A DNA stretch of 64,000 nt, from IMG/VR virus record IMGVR_UViG_2600255250_000001, positions 17,742 to 81,741 of that record. One strand, 5' to 3'. Shown here piece by piece: positions 38,716 through 48,207 of the stretch. Within the stretch, counting starts at the first letter, position 1, and each line of letters begins with the position of its first letter. The position numbers were made by a program, and so were the translations under genes. The notes below the pieces were generated by a model. The model saw nothing but the letters and a program-made list of their open reading frames with translations, was not told the origin of the DNA and made no database searches. The DNA is from a virus. Taxonomy: Duplodnaviria; Caudoviricetes.

Positions 38716-39168
38716 ATGTTCTACCCAACCATCAAAGACGAAACAGTCTTAATGCTGAACGTGGTCGTTCAGAACATCGAGAAAAACCCTTCCTACCTAT
38801 CTAGTCCTGACTGTCCGTACTCGGATGTCATCAAGAAGTTCTTTCAGAGAACTGGCGCTGAAGTCGCGCCGGTCGACCTCTTCGCGGGCGAGGACGAGCT
38901 TGTCGTCATCGACACCCAGATCGCCAAGATCATCAATGATCTCGAAGCGTTTGGTGTGACCCTGACCAAAGAGGATGTCAGTGAGAAGCTGGCCTATTTC
39001 AAGACCAAGACCGTGCTGTTCGAGAAGCTGATCAGCATGAGAGAGCGGACGTTCACGCTCAAGGAGTTGAACGAGTTCCGTTCGACCATTCTCGGCTTCA
39101 TGAACGAAATCTGCACCAAAGACCAAGTGACCGACCTGATGCTCAGGCTGGATGGAGCGCTCGCATGA
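38716..39168 (+). CDS. Hypothetical protein coupled to primase
   Basis: GGAG RBS, ATGA overlap with next gene. Confidence 0.6.
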   Translation: MFYPTIKDETVLMLNVVVQNIEKNPSYLSSPDCPYSDVIKKFFQRTGAEVAPVDLFAGEDELVVIDTQIAKIINDLEAFGVTLTKEDVSEKLAYFKTKTVLFEKLISMRERTFTLKELNEFRSTILGFMNEICTKDQVTDLMLRLDGALA

Positions 39169-41612
39169 TTTTCCTACAAACTGCACCCCATTACTGGGCC
39201 AAGGGCCTGCCGGCCATTCCGCTGATGAGAGGCGAGAAGCGCCCGGCGATCAATCGCTGGCAGCTGTTCGCCGACACCAAGCCCTCGGACGAGGAGATGG
39301 CGGTCTGGCTCGACCATTTCCCCGATGGCAACATCGGTCTGCCGATGGGTCCGTCCTCGGGCCTGGTGGCCCTCGACATCGACACTGACGACCCCCAAAT
39401 CCTCCACGTCCTGAACGGATTGCTGCCGCCCTCGCCATGGGTTCGAGTCGGCAAGAAGGGCATGGTCAAGATTTTCCGGTTCACCGGTGAGCGGACGTGC
39501 CGCATCAAGGGCGCTGACGGTGCCATGATCTGCGAAATCCTGTCCAAGGGCACGCAGATCGTGCTGCCGCCCTCGATCCACCCCGAGACCAAGCGGCCCT
39601 ACACCGCCAACTGCAATCTCTATGACGTGCTCGCGAGCGTGCCGGCGCTTCCGCTTGGCATCGAGGATCTGATCCGGGGTTGCCTCCAGGACCTGGGCAT
39701 CGAGGTCTCGGTCGGCGGCGGCAACAACAAGGTCACGACCTTCGTTCCGGCCGGCGCCCGCGACAACACCATGGTTTGGCATGCCGGGCTCCTGGCGCGC
39801 GCCGTCACTCGCGGCGAGCGTTCACTGCTAGAGGCTCTGGGCGAGATGGAGCATTGGGTCAATTCGTTCATCGAGAAAGTGATCGGCGATCCTCTGTCGG
39901 TCGAGAAGGCTCAGGCCAAGGTCATCGAGTTCCTGGTCCGCGATGTCACCGGCGAGAAGCGCGTCGGCCTGCCGGTCGGTTGGGACGAGGGATTGACGGA
40001 AGAAGATAAGGGGCGGTTAGGCCTCAGTTTCACCGAGGACGACGAGAAGTGGCCCGCCGACAAAATCCTGTTGTACCTGGCTGGCGAGTTCGAGCGGTTC
40101 TCCGACCACAACTCGGAGGGCAGGATCAACGCCATCAACGTGGCACTCGACAAGGTGGCTCGCGCCGCCGGCGTCATGAGCATGCTGGACGAAGAGCGGG
40201 TGCTGCGGTTCATCACCGGACAGTCAGCGTCGACCATCACAATGGCCACGCTCAAGAAGATGATCAATTCGCTTCGTCGGGGTGACATCGCCGGCGAAAA
40301 CCATCAGGAAATCGCCGCTGCGGTGCTCAAATATGTCGACGAATTTGGCGAACATCGCTTCGATATGGGTGCTTTTTGGCAGTGGAAGGGCGCATATTGG
40401 GACAAAAAGGACCCAAATGAGCTGCTTCGGGTCATTTCCACCGAATTTGGCACGTATCCGGCCTGCAAACGCTATTCGGACTATGCCGGCGTTCTCAAGG
40501 TCATGCAGTCCCTGGCCATGAAGCCTCTGAAGCAGAACCTGCTCAAGGGGCTGAACTTTGCCAATGGCTTCCTCACCGAGAACTTCGAATTGGTCGCTCA
40601 CAACCCCGATCAGGGCATGACCTACATCCTGCCGTTCCGATATCTGCCCGATCTCGCCGGCCACATGCCGATCTTCAACCAATTCCTGGCCGACAGCTGG
40701 GGTCACGACCCAGATTACATGGACAAGGTCGCCGCGCTCCAGGAAGCCATTGGTTCTACGGTCTTCGGACACGCCACGACCTACCAGCGGGCGGTTTGCC
40801 TGTTCGGCGCACCGGGTTCGGGCAAGTCCAGGGTCACAGCCATCTTGCAGGGCCTGCTGCCGCCGAATGCCGTATCGTCCATTCCGCCTACGGATTGGAA
40901 CGACAAGTTCATGCCGGCCCAGATGCACTCCAAGGTGCTGAACTTTGCCGGCGAGCTGTCGGAGAGCAAGTCCATTCCGGGTGACGTGTTCAAGAAGATC
41001 GTGACTGGCGAGACGATTTCAGCTCAGCACAAGAACATGCCGTCGTTCGAGTTCCGCCCGATGTGCGCCCAGTGGTTCTCCTCGAACCACCTTCCCAAGA
41101 CTCGGGACAGTTCCGATGGCTTCAACCGACGATGGTTGATCCTGGAGTGGAACAAGCGCGTCGACCCGGCCAAGAAGATTGTCGATCTCGACCAGATCAT
41201 CCTGGAGCACGAGCGAGAGGCGATCGTTGCCTGGGCGGTCGAAGGCTTCCAGAGACTGGTCAAGAACAACGAATACACGCTTCCATCCTCTCACCTGGCA
41301 TGTGCGGACCAAATGGCAACCGACAACAACTCGGTGCGATATTTTTTGGCAAATTGCCCAGCGATCATCGTCGGAAAGGCGAAGACGCTGGGCCTGTCAC
41401 TGACACGCATTTCGTTGGGGGAGTTACACGGCGAATATTGGTCTTTCTGCATCGCTATGGGCATTGCCCAGCGTGTTTCATTGCAGGGTTTTCAGAAAAT
41501 GATGAAAGAGTTGCAGAGCGTTTTCGAGTTTCACGAGGTTTTAGAGCCGAAGGCTTTGTCTGCCCCGACAGTTTCGTACGAGTCGATCACTCTTGCGGAT
41601 CGGAGGAGGTAG
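39165..41612 (+). CDS. Bifunctional primase-polymerase / SF3 (D5/P4-type) helicase
   Basis: NIGLPMG..LVALDIDTD, VLPPSIHP, GAPGSGKS, FSSNHLP, GFNRRW. Confidence 0.9.
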   Translation: MIFLQTAPHYWAKGLPAIPLMRGEKRPAINRWQLFADTKPSDEEMAVWLDHFPDGNIGLPMGPSSGLVALDIDTDDPQILHVLNGLLPPSPWVRVGKKGMVKIFRFTGERTCRIKGADGAMICEILSKGTQIVLPPSIHPETKRPYTANCNLYDVLASVPALPLGIEDLIRGCLQDLGIEVSVGGGNNKVTTFVPAGARDNTMVWHAGLLARAVTRGERSLLEALGEMEHWVNSFIEKVIGDPLSVEKAQAKVIEFLVRDVTGEKRVGLPVGWDEGLTEEDKGRLGLSFTEDDEKWPADKILLYLAGEFERFSDHNSEGRINAINVALDKVARAAGVMSMLDEERVLRFITGQSASTITMATLKKMINSLRRGDIAGENHQEIAAAVLKYVDEFGEHRFDMGAFWQWKGAYWDKKDPNELLRVISTEFGTYPACKRYSDYAGVLKVMQSLAMKPLKQNLLKGLNFANGFLTENFELVAHNPDQGMTYILPFRYLPDLAGHMPIFNQFLADSWGHDPDYMDKVAALQEAIGSTVFGHATTYQRAVCLFGAPGSGKSRVTAILQGLLPPNAVSSIPPTDWNDKFMPAQMHSKVLNFAGELSESKSIPGDVFKKIVTGETISAQHKNMPSFEFRPMCAQWFSSNHLPKTRDSSDGFNRRWLILEWNKRVDPAKKIVDLDQIILEHEREAIVAWAVEGFQRLVKNNEYTLPSSHLACADQMATDNNSVRYFLANCPAIIVGKAKTLGLSLTRISLGELHGEYWSFCIAMGIAQRVSLQGFQKMMKELQSVFEFHEVLEPKALSAPTVSYESITLADRRR

Positions 41613-41621
41613 TCGTGGTTT

Positions 41622-41888
41622 ATGAAAAAGCATGGTGGGAGTGGGAAAGGGAGTTATATCTTGGCGCATCCAAATGAGACACGCTCTAGGCTCTACGCGG
41701 TGTTTGCCCATTCGGGCTTGAGCGTCTGCGAATTCACAACGCTTAGTCTATTGGAATTGGCAAAACTCAATATTGCTCAGCTGGAAGATATGGAGGAAGG
41801 TCTAGCTCACCTGAAAGAGCACTTCGCGGTTCTGGACGGGAGCAAAGAGCAGATGAGGTCCGTCCTGGACATGATCACTGTTCACTAG
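41622..41888 (+). CDS. Hypothetical protein
   Basis: GGAGG RBS, followed by terminators. Confidence 0.5.
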   Translation: MKKHGGSGKGSYILAHPNETRSRLYAVFAHSGLSVCEFTTLSLLELAKLNIAQLEDMEEGLAHLKEHFAVLDGSKEQMRSVLDMITVH

Positions 41889-41911
41889 CCAGCTCCTGGA
41901 CACTATCCCTG

Positions 41912-41976
41912 AAAAGGCTCGCTTCGGTAGAGCCTCTCCCTCAAGAAAGGCTCGCTCACGCGGGCCTTTTTCTTTT
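41912..41976 (+). terminator. Tandem terminator hairpins
   Basis: AGGCTC..GAGCCT and AAAGGCTCGC-TCAC-GCGGGCCTTTTT. Confidence 0.7.
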
Positions 41977-42297
41977 GGTGCAGGTTAGCGCCTGAACGGT
42001 AATGACAAGACAGTGGAAGGGAAACTCTAGGTTCTGGCGACTGATATCACTCCGATTTTCAAAATTTTTTCTGGGGTGAGTTTTAGACCATAGAGGGCGC
42101 TAACCCCAGCCAGGGCCATAAAAAGGTGTACTCCTTACTCCAGTTCACCACTGTCCAGCATGGTACTCTGTATCTAGGCCTTCGGGTCGGGGCGCGCCGC
42201 GCCTGCCTCGCCAGCCTCTCCCCTCGGGGACAGGACACGGGAGAGGTGTGTCGAAAGGAAACTTTCCCCTGCGGGGGAGAAACGAAGGAAAAGGGAA

Positions 42298-42891
42298 ATG
42301 CCCGGCTTTACTCTCACGGCGGTATCCGCCCGCATTCGCAATCTGGACAACGATGTCCAGTGGAAGCTCTACACGGCGCTGGCCGCTCTGGCCAAGCTTC
42401 GTGGCACGAAGAAATCCACCCTTGCCACTATGGTGTTCGGCAAGGACAAGCCTTCCAAGGCGTTCAACAACGCATGGTCGCTGTCTGCCAAGTTCTTCGC
42501 CGCCGGCCTGTCCGACAGCACGAAGAAGGCTATCACTGACCAGCCGATTGACGAGGCGGTCAATGCCACCCTCGCGGCCCTCGCGGCCCACATGACGGCG
42601 CTTGGTGTCAACGGCAAGAACGCTTACGACGCGGTCGCGGAATACACGTCGAAAGACGCCATTCCCACGGCAGAGGCCGAACCCGAGGCCGCTCCGGAAG
42701 AAGCCGAAGTGACTGGCGAGAGCGTTGTCGAGCCCGAGACCGGTGCGCCGGCCGAAGTCCAAGACGTGGTCGGCAAGGCCAAGGCCTTGATCGAGGGCAT
42801 GACGATGGATGAAATGAACGCCATCGCCATCTTCCTGAATGATCGCATGGTCGCCATGGCCACCACTGACACGCAGCAGATGGCCGCCTAG
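42298..42891 (+). CDS. Hypothetical early protein
   Basis: Strong RBS, biased codon usage, acidic linker. Confidence 0.7.
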   Translation: MPGFTLTAVSARIRNLDNDVQWKLYTALAALAKLRGTKKSTLATMVFGKDKPSKAFNNAWSLSAKFFAAGLSDSTKKAITDQPIDEAVNATLAALAAHMTALGVNGKNAYDAVAEYTSKDAIPTAEAEPEAAPEEAEVTGESVVEPETGAPAEVQDVVGKAKALIEGMTMDEMNAIAIFLNDRMVAMATTDTQQMAA

Positions 42892-43038
42892 GACACATCA
42901 CACCCTACCTAGGCCTCCCCACCGGGGCCTAGGCGCTGGCTACCCATCTTCTGGCGGGGTAGCCAGCATTACCTTAGCGCGGAGCCATCCCGGTATCCGC
43001 ATCGAGCGGGGTTTCGAATTCCCCGCAAGGGGAAAACC

Positions 43039-43518
43039 ATGCCCATACTCAAATCGTTCTCGGATCTTCCCAAGGTCCATGTACCTCGCATCTTGCCTGA
43101 TTTGGGAAGCATTGCACTACGTGCTCAGCATCCAGGCGCCCGGCGGGTGTATCCGGCCAGGCACATCATCGACCCTCACGCCCTGTATCTGAGCGAGGGC
43201 ACGGTCAATATGGCCAGAACCTGGTCCGAGTTGGGGGAGCACCATCCAAATACCCCCGACAGGCTACCCAGCGAGGCGCCACAGCGCCTTCGGCCTCGGG
43301 CACAGGGCAAAGGGCCTCGCAACGAGAAACGCCTGTACGCGCCTGTGAATGGGCATGCAGAGGGTATGAGTGTAATGTTCGTCGATAAGCTCACCGGCCA
43401 GGTTCTGGCCCGCTGCGTGGGCTCGCGTGAGCATGTGGTCGGCGAGGCCATCAAGCTCGCCCTTTCGCAGGGTGGTACGATCACCGATCTCGAAGTACGT
43501 CGGGAAACCTCAACCTAG
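43039..43518 (+). CDS. Hypothetical protein (start uncertain)
   Basis: ORF with AGGGG RBS. Confidence 0.35.
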   Translation: MPILKSFSDLPKVHVPRILPDLGSIALRAQHPGARRVYPARHIIDPHALYLSEGTVNMARTWSELGEHHPNTPDRLPSEAPQRLRPRAQGKGPRNEKRLYAPVNGHAEGMSVMFVDKLTGQVLARCVGSREHVVGEAIKLALSQGGTITDLEVRRETST

Positions 43519-43614
43519 GTTGGGGTTTAACAACTAGCCACAGGATTGAGGGCAGGGTGCGGGCACTGTACACATGTGTCTAGGACCTAGGATTTTGCTG
43601 AAATCAGTGCAAAC

Positions 43615-43827
43615 ATGAGGAATGCTCACATGAAGACCAAAATCAGCTCGGGCTTTGCCCTCCTCGACGTGAAGTCGGGCCGTGACGAATTGAATGCTCA
43701 CTTCGCGACCGGACCCAAGACGCCAATCCCGGTCACGATCACCGGCTTCACCACTGGCATCTGGTCGGACGATGATGGAGTGTCTCGCGAATTCGGGATT
43801 GACGTGAGGGAGCTGACCACGGCCTAA
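43615..43827 (+). CDS. Hypothetical protein
   Basis: ORF with phage-like codon usage. Confidence 0.5.
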   Translation: MRNAHMKTKISSGFALLDVKSGRDELNAHFATGPKTPIPVTITGFTTGIWSDDDGVSREFGIDVRELTTA

Positions 43828-44120
43828 CTGCGGAGTTCCGACCTTGACCTGGTTCTGTACCTAAGCGCTTTCAACCGGCGCCATGACATAAATGTGGTTG
43901 GCAAAATTAGAGAGACAGTTCCGAAGACCTGAGCATGTGGCTAACTGCTCATCAAGCCTACAGCACAGGAGCCACTCCATCATGCTCTAAGCATCCCGCG
44001 ACAGACCTGAGCACGTCTGATTAAACTGCTCGTCCCTCATTTACGGCGATCACATCGGCTGAGGCCGCCCATACCTACTTACCAAGTTGGTGTGATCTCC
44101 ATAACTGACGGAGTTTGACT

Positions 44121-44228
44121 ATGCGTGGCGTCAACAACCCTGTTGGCAGGGCGAAGCTTTGGCCAGCTCACGAACTCATCATCCTGATAGGAGTGATCCT
44201 CTATGGCCTCGTTGCATCCCTACTATGA
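44121..44228 (+). CDS. Small membrane protein (35 aa)
   Basis: GGAG RBS; hydrophobic C-terminal LIILIGVILYGLVASLL. Confidence 0.4.
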   Translation: MRGVNNPVGRAKLWPAHELIILIGVILYGLVASLL

Positions 44229-44308
44229 GACCGCTGTTGCCAAACAGCGGCGCGAGTTTCGCGAAGAGATCACCGCCTTCCTGAAAAAGGTCGAGGTTCA
44301 GACCGCAA

Positions 44309-44398
44309 GGTTGACGGGACACCGGGTGCTCGAAATAATCCAATGATTTCAATGGTTGATGGGCTGCGGGGTGTTTAAAATAACTCAATGATTTCAAT
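44309..44398. repeat. Imperfect 45-bp tandem repeat (2 copies) with IHF-like sites
   Basis: GGTTGA.GGG....GGGTG.T..AAATAA..CAATGATTTCAAT twice. Confidence 0.7.
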
Positions 44399-44694
44399 GG
44401 TCACCCTTGCTAAGTAGTTGAAATCGTTGGCCTTTTATACCCTATAGACTCCTCTATAGTATATTCTCTTTCTTTTTTCTTTCCCCCCTTACACGTTAGG
44501 AGAAAAAGGGGTCCAGAGAGAAATATTATACGTTGTACGGTCGGCGTTAAAACCGCCAATCCGAACGCTTACACTTTTTCGGTCTATAGGGTCTGGAGGA
44601 TTTCGGAGCCTTCGATGGGCGAAAAAAACGCGTAGTGTAGAGCGTTCGCTCCACAACCGACCAGTTGCAGTTCACAATCCGCGAGGTTCTACCC

Positions 44695-45030
44695 ATGCCG
44701 CACAACGGCCCGGTGGCTGCCTCCACACGCCTGGCCCTATGCCAAGAGGTCGGACGCCTTATGGCCTACTACTCGATACCACTCGCCCCGGCCGTGCGCC
44801 GGGCTCTCCTCACATTGGAAGGAGAGCCACGGGATAATCATCACAAGGGACCAGTTAGCGTCATCACCGTCTACCAATGGTTCAAGGCCTCTGGCGTCGT
44901 CCCCTACTCAGATACTCACATCACTGATGGAATGACTGAGGCCCAAGTGTCTCTCTTCCATGAGCTGATCCAAGTTCCCTCAATCGACCATGACGACGCC
45001 TGTCGTCGGGTCAAGGAGTACCTTCCGTGA
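44695..45030 (+). CDS. Hypothetical protein
   Basis: GAGG RBS before ATG. Confidence 0.5.
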   Translation: MPHNGPVAASTRLALCQEVGRLMAYYSIPLAPAVRRALLTLEGEPRDNHHKGPVSVITVYQWFKASGVVPYSDTHITDGMTEAQVSLFHELIQVPSIDHDDACRRVKEYLP

Positions 45031-45338
45031 AACAGCAACTCATCGAACGATGTTCTCACTTCGTTCCAACAGGAGTCAAGGCCGTGACCTATTTCCGCCC
45101 CACCAATCTCGACACGCCTGACCCGTGGCTGTGGTTCGACCGCTTGGTCCCACTGTTCATCATCGCCCTGGCGGTGTTGATCTTGGCATGGAGTTTCGCA
45201 TGACCAAGAACGAGGATGCCTTAAACCTGGTCAGGGATTTCGCTGACATGTTCCGCAGCGGAGCGCAGGGCGCCGAGATGGACTGTGACTCAGCTATGGA
45301 CCTGGCGCTGTCCATCGACATTCTTGTGGGGAAGAGAG

Positions 45339-45584
45339 TTAGGGCGCCCGCCAAAGATCAGCGTCTTTCGCCGCAGCCTCAAACGCCTTCCTGACTTCGT
45401 CGGCCGAAGCCCTGCCTTCTTCTGCATCAATGCAGGCCTGGACAGCCTTGCGCCATTTGGCGCCCCGCTTATCCCACTCAAGCAGCTCTTCAGCCGCCAC
45501 CCGCACGTTGTTCACGCCGCGTGTCAATCCAACCTGCTTCGTCGCGACATAGACGGGAGGATAGAACCAAAGGCCAGACATCAT
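45339..45584 (-). CDS. DUF982-family protein
   Basis: WFYPPVYV...VNNVRVAAEELLEW...AVQAC...EVRKAFEAAA. Confidence 0.75.
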   Translation of the reverse strand: MMSGLWFYPPVYVATKQVGLTRGVNNVRVAAEELLEWDKRGAKWRKAVQACIDAEEGRASADEVRKAFEAAAKDADLWRAP

Positions 45585-45762
45585 GAAAGTCCTTATTGGC
45601 GGAACGCCTCTCGAAAGTATGGGATGGCAGGTTGATCTCGACAAGGTTCGCCTCGTCTGGAGAGAGGGCACCGAGCCGGCCAAGCAGCTGGTCTTCCTCA
45701 CCAATCTTATCACCTCGGCTCGCGCTGAACGCGACCGCATTATTCAGGAGACATTTGGATGA
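45583..45762 (+). CDS. Hypothetical protein (59 aa) coupled to rtcB
   Basis: MKVLIGGTPLESMGW...QETFG; ATGA overlap. Confidence 0.4.
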   Translation: MKVLIGGTPLESMGWQVDLDKVRLVWREGTEPAKQLVFLTNLITSARAERDRIIQETFG

Positions 45763-47078
45763 CCTACACCGGCAAAGACCTGATCCGCTGGGGCCACAAG
45801 CCAGGCCCGTTCTTCGGTCCCGCCATCGATGAGGCCAACCGTCTCTCGAAGAAGGGCTACAGCGAAGCCTTGATCGAGGAGATGATCCGCCGCCTGGTGC
45901 CCACACCCATCCCCGAGATCCAGCTCTACTCGACGAGCCGCCCCTTCGGTGTGTTCCTCGACGCCACCACCGAGGACGAGATCACCAACAAGGCAGCAGT
46001 CCATAAGGCCATGGACGAGTTGATGCGCCTGCCCACCGTGGTGAGCGGCGTGATCATGCCCGATGCCTGCCCAGCTGGCGTCATCCCGGTCGGTGGCGTC
46101 GTCGCCACCAAGGGCGCGATTCATCCTGGCTTCCACTCAGCCGACGTCTGCTGCTCGATGGCGATCACCGTCTTCAAGCGCAACGATGACCCGAAGCGGC
46201 TGCTCGATGCAGCATTCGGCATCACCCACTTCGGCCCGTCACCCAAACAGAGCCGATACAGCAAGGTGCCTCACACCATCCTGAACCGTTTCCGAGGCAA
46301 TCCTTTCCTCGCCCAGAGCGAGAACATTGCCGGCGCTCACTTCGCCACCCAGGGCGACGGCAACCACTTCCTATTCGTTGGACACCTGGAGTCCACGGGA
46401 CAGCTGGCGATGGTGACCCATCACGGCTCCCGTGGGCTCGGGGCGCAGCTCTACAAGCGAGGCATGCAGGCGGCGAGGCGGCACACCGCCATCGTTGCTC
46501 GACGCGCTCCACCGGCAGCTGCGTGGCTTGACGCCACGTCCGACCAGGGCTTCGCCTACTGGGAAGCTCTCCAGATCGTCCGCGACTGGACCGAAGCCAG
46601 CCACTTCGAGATCCACAATCGGATCGCAAGGCACATGGGCAACGCCATCATCGACCAGTTCTGGAACGAGCACAACTTCGTCTTTCGCAGAGACGATGGG
46701 CTCTACTACCACGCCAAGGGAGCGACCCCATCGTTCGCCGGGTATGAGCGGACGCTGATCCCGATGAACATGGCCGAGCCGATCCTGATCACGGCACCGA
46801 CCAACAACGAGACCGCTCTTGGCTTCGCCCCACACGGCGCCGGTAGGAATATGAGCAGGACGCAGTTCATGAAGAGCTACGATCCCATACCGCCGGCCAA
46901 CATCGACATCCGGTACTTCACCGGCAAGCCCGACCCCTCGGAATTGCCCGACGCCTACAAGTCGGCAGCCGGCGTGATCGCCCAGATCAAGAAGTACGAC
47001 CTGGCCAAGATCACCGACCGTGTCCTGCCTTACGGCAACATCATGGCGGGAGACACCGCCTGGAGACGACCAACATGA
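45759..47078 (+). CDS. rtcB: RtcB-family RNA 2',3'-cyclic phosphate/3'-P ligase
   Basis: MPDAC..IPVGGV, SADVCC, GDGNHF, HHGSRGLG, HN, HAKGAT, PHGAGR..SR, ELPDAYK. Confidence 0.92.
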   Translation: MTYTGKDLIRWGHKPGPFFGPAIDEANRLSKKGYSEALIEEMIRRLVPTPIPEIQLYSTSRPFGVFLDATTEDEITNKAAVHKAMDELMRLPTVVSGVIMPDACPAGVIPVGGVVATKGAIHPGFHSADVCCSMAITVFKRNDDPKRLLDAAFGITHFGPSPKQSRYSKVPHTILNRFRGNPFLAQSENIAGAHFATQGDGNHFLFVGHLESTGQLAMVTHHGSRGLGAQLYKRGMQAARRHTAIVARRAPPAAAWLDATSDQGFAYWEALQIVRDWTEASHFEIHNRIARHMGNAIIDQFWNEHNFVFRRDDGLYYHAKGATPSFAGYERTLIPMNMAEPILITAPTNNETALGFAPHGAGRNMSRTQFMKSYDPIPPANIDIRYFTGKPDPSELPDAYKSAAGVIAQIKKYDLAKITDRVLPYGNIMAGDTAWRRPT

Positions 47079-47197
47079 CCTACCTCCTGACCCTCGTCAT
47101 CTGGGGCCACGTCTTCGTCCTCGACAGCGGCCTGACGGACTGTGAAATCTACGAGGTCGAGGCACCGCTCTACTGCGTCAAGGATGTGCAGGCATGA
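47075..47197 (+). CDS. Small hypothetical protein (40 aa)
   Basis: ATGA overlaps on both sides. Confidence 0.45.
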   Translation: MTYLLTLVIWGHVFVLDSGLTDCEIYEVEAPLYCVKDVQA

Positions 47198-47481
47198 ACC
47201 TCCGCGCCATCCGCAATCGCGACGATGATTTCGTCATCTGCCACGACCAGCCCTGCAAGAAGGGCGAGACCAACATCGTCGCCCACGTCTGGGTCACGCC
47301 CAGCTCGAATATGAGCGACAGGTTCGAGGCCCAGTTCAACGCCCCTCAATTCAGCTTCGAGGAGCTGGAGCTGATCAGCAACGCCTTGGCAACCGTCGCC
47401 CCGCGTGGATGGGAAACCGCCGAGACCGCGGTGAAAACTAAGGTTCGCGTTGCTTACGCTAGACTTGCGAGTATCAAATAA
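47194..47481 (+). CDS. Hypothetical protein
   Basis: Coupled ORF. Confidence 0.5.
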   Translation: MNLRAIRNRDDDFVICHDQPCKKGETNIVAHVWVTPSSNMSDRFEAQFNAPQFSFEELELISNALATVAPRGWETAETAVKTKVRVAYARLASIK

Positions 47482-47493
47482 ATACTTGCTTCT

Positions 47494-47570
47494 GCCCCAC
47501 TCGTCTACAGGTTAGGACACCAGCCCTCTCAGGCTGGAAAAGCTTGGATCGATACCAGCGTGGGGTACCA
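47494..47570 (+). tRNA. tRNA-Glu(CTC)-like, 8-nt anticodon loop
   Basis: Acceptor GCCCCAC/GTGGGGT, Glu-type D arm, CCAGC-CCTCTCAG-GCTGG, encoded CCA. Confidence 0.75.
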
Positions 47571-47682
47571 AAATTCACGATAGTAGCTGGGGAAGGTTGT
47601 TCTTTCTGCCCTCCAGCGCCCGCTGACTTAACTGCACCCTAGTGGTGGCTCGTGCTCGAACACGAGGCGTCAGTGGTTCTTT

Positions 47683-47759
47683 GCCTCATTCGTCTACCGG
47701 TTAGGACACCAGCCCCCTCAGGCTGGAAAAGTTTGGTTCGATCCCAGCATGAGGTACCA
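47683..47759 (+). tRNA. tRNA-Glu-like paralog, 8-nt anticodon loop
   Basis: Acceptor GCCTCAT/ATGAGGT, CCAGC-CCCCTCAG-GCTGG, GGTTCGATCCC, encoded CCA. Confidence 0.75.
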
Positions 47760-47762
47760 AAT

Positions 47763-48145
47763 TCAAAACTTAGCACCTTTACGAAGATTGTCAGGCGCCC
47801 AGAGCGACGACCCCTAACAGCGTGACCAATTCGGTTTCGCATGCTCTGGGAGAGTTTGAAGGAAGGGTCTAATGCCCTTCTAGCCTTTTTAGCTACAGTG
47901 CTCTTGAGGTTGATAGCCTTTTTGTTCTGCCGATAATATTCTCGCTGACACTCTAACTTCTTAAGGGCATTTGCCACCTTGTGGCGTTCATAGGATGCTC
48001 TCCTGGAAGCCTTAGACATATCAGGGTCCCTGGCCTTGTATTCAGCCATCCTCTGAAGCCTCACCTCGCGGTTCCGCTCATAGCTTTCTTTAGCTTGTCG
48101 CCTGATCCTCTCACGGTTCTTGGCTCGATATTCCGTGGCTAACAT
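47763..48145 (-). pseudogene. HNH endonuclease with catalytic core deleted
   Basis: Basic N-term and DPSFKL like 54289-54837, joined out of frame to LWAPDNLRKGAK. Confidence 0.7.
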
Positions 48146-48207
48146 CAATCATCCTCTTCGCCCTTTAAATAGGGTTTGGAAGCAAAGGCTTAAAGGAGAA
48201 CGGGCAT

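Noticed and set aside
38716-39168. Terminase small subunit or CI repressor
   Set aside because: No recognisable motif; it is divergent from terL and coupled to primase, and no CI-like gene is seen in the window
44179-44397. 72-aa ORF with a 15-aa repeat
   Set aside because: By-product of the 45-bp DNA repeat; no other coding evidence
44309-44398. Possible CRISPR mini-array
   Set aside because: Only two imperfect abutting units, no spacers, no cas genes
47494-47759. Opal suppressor or selenocysteine tRNA reading of the TCA triplet
   Set aside because: TCA is off-centre, there is no long variable arm, the body is Glu-type and TGA is used normally as a stop in this phage
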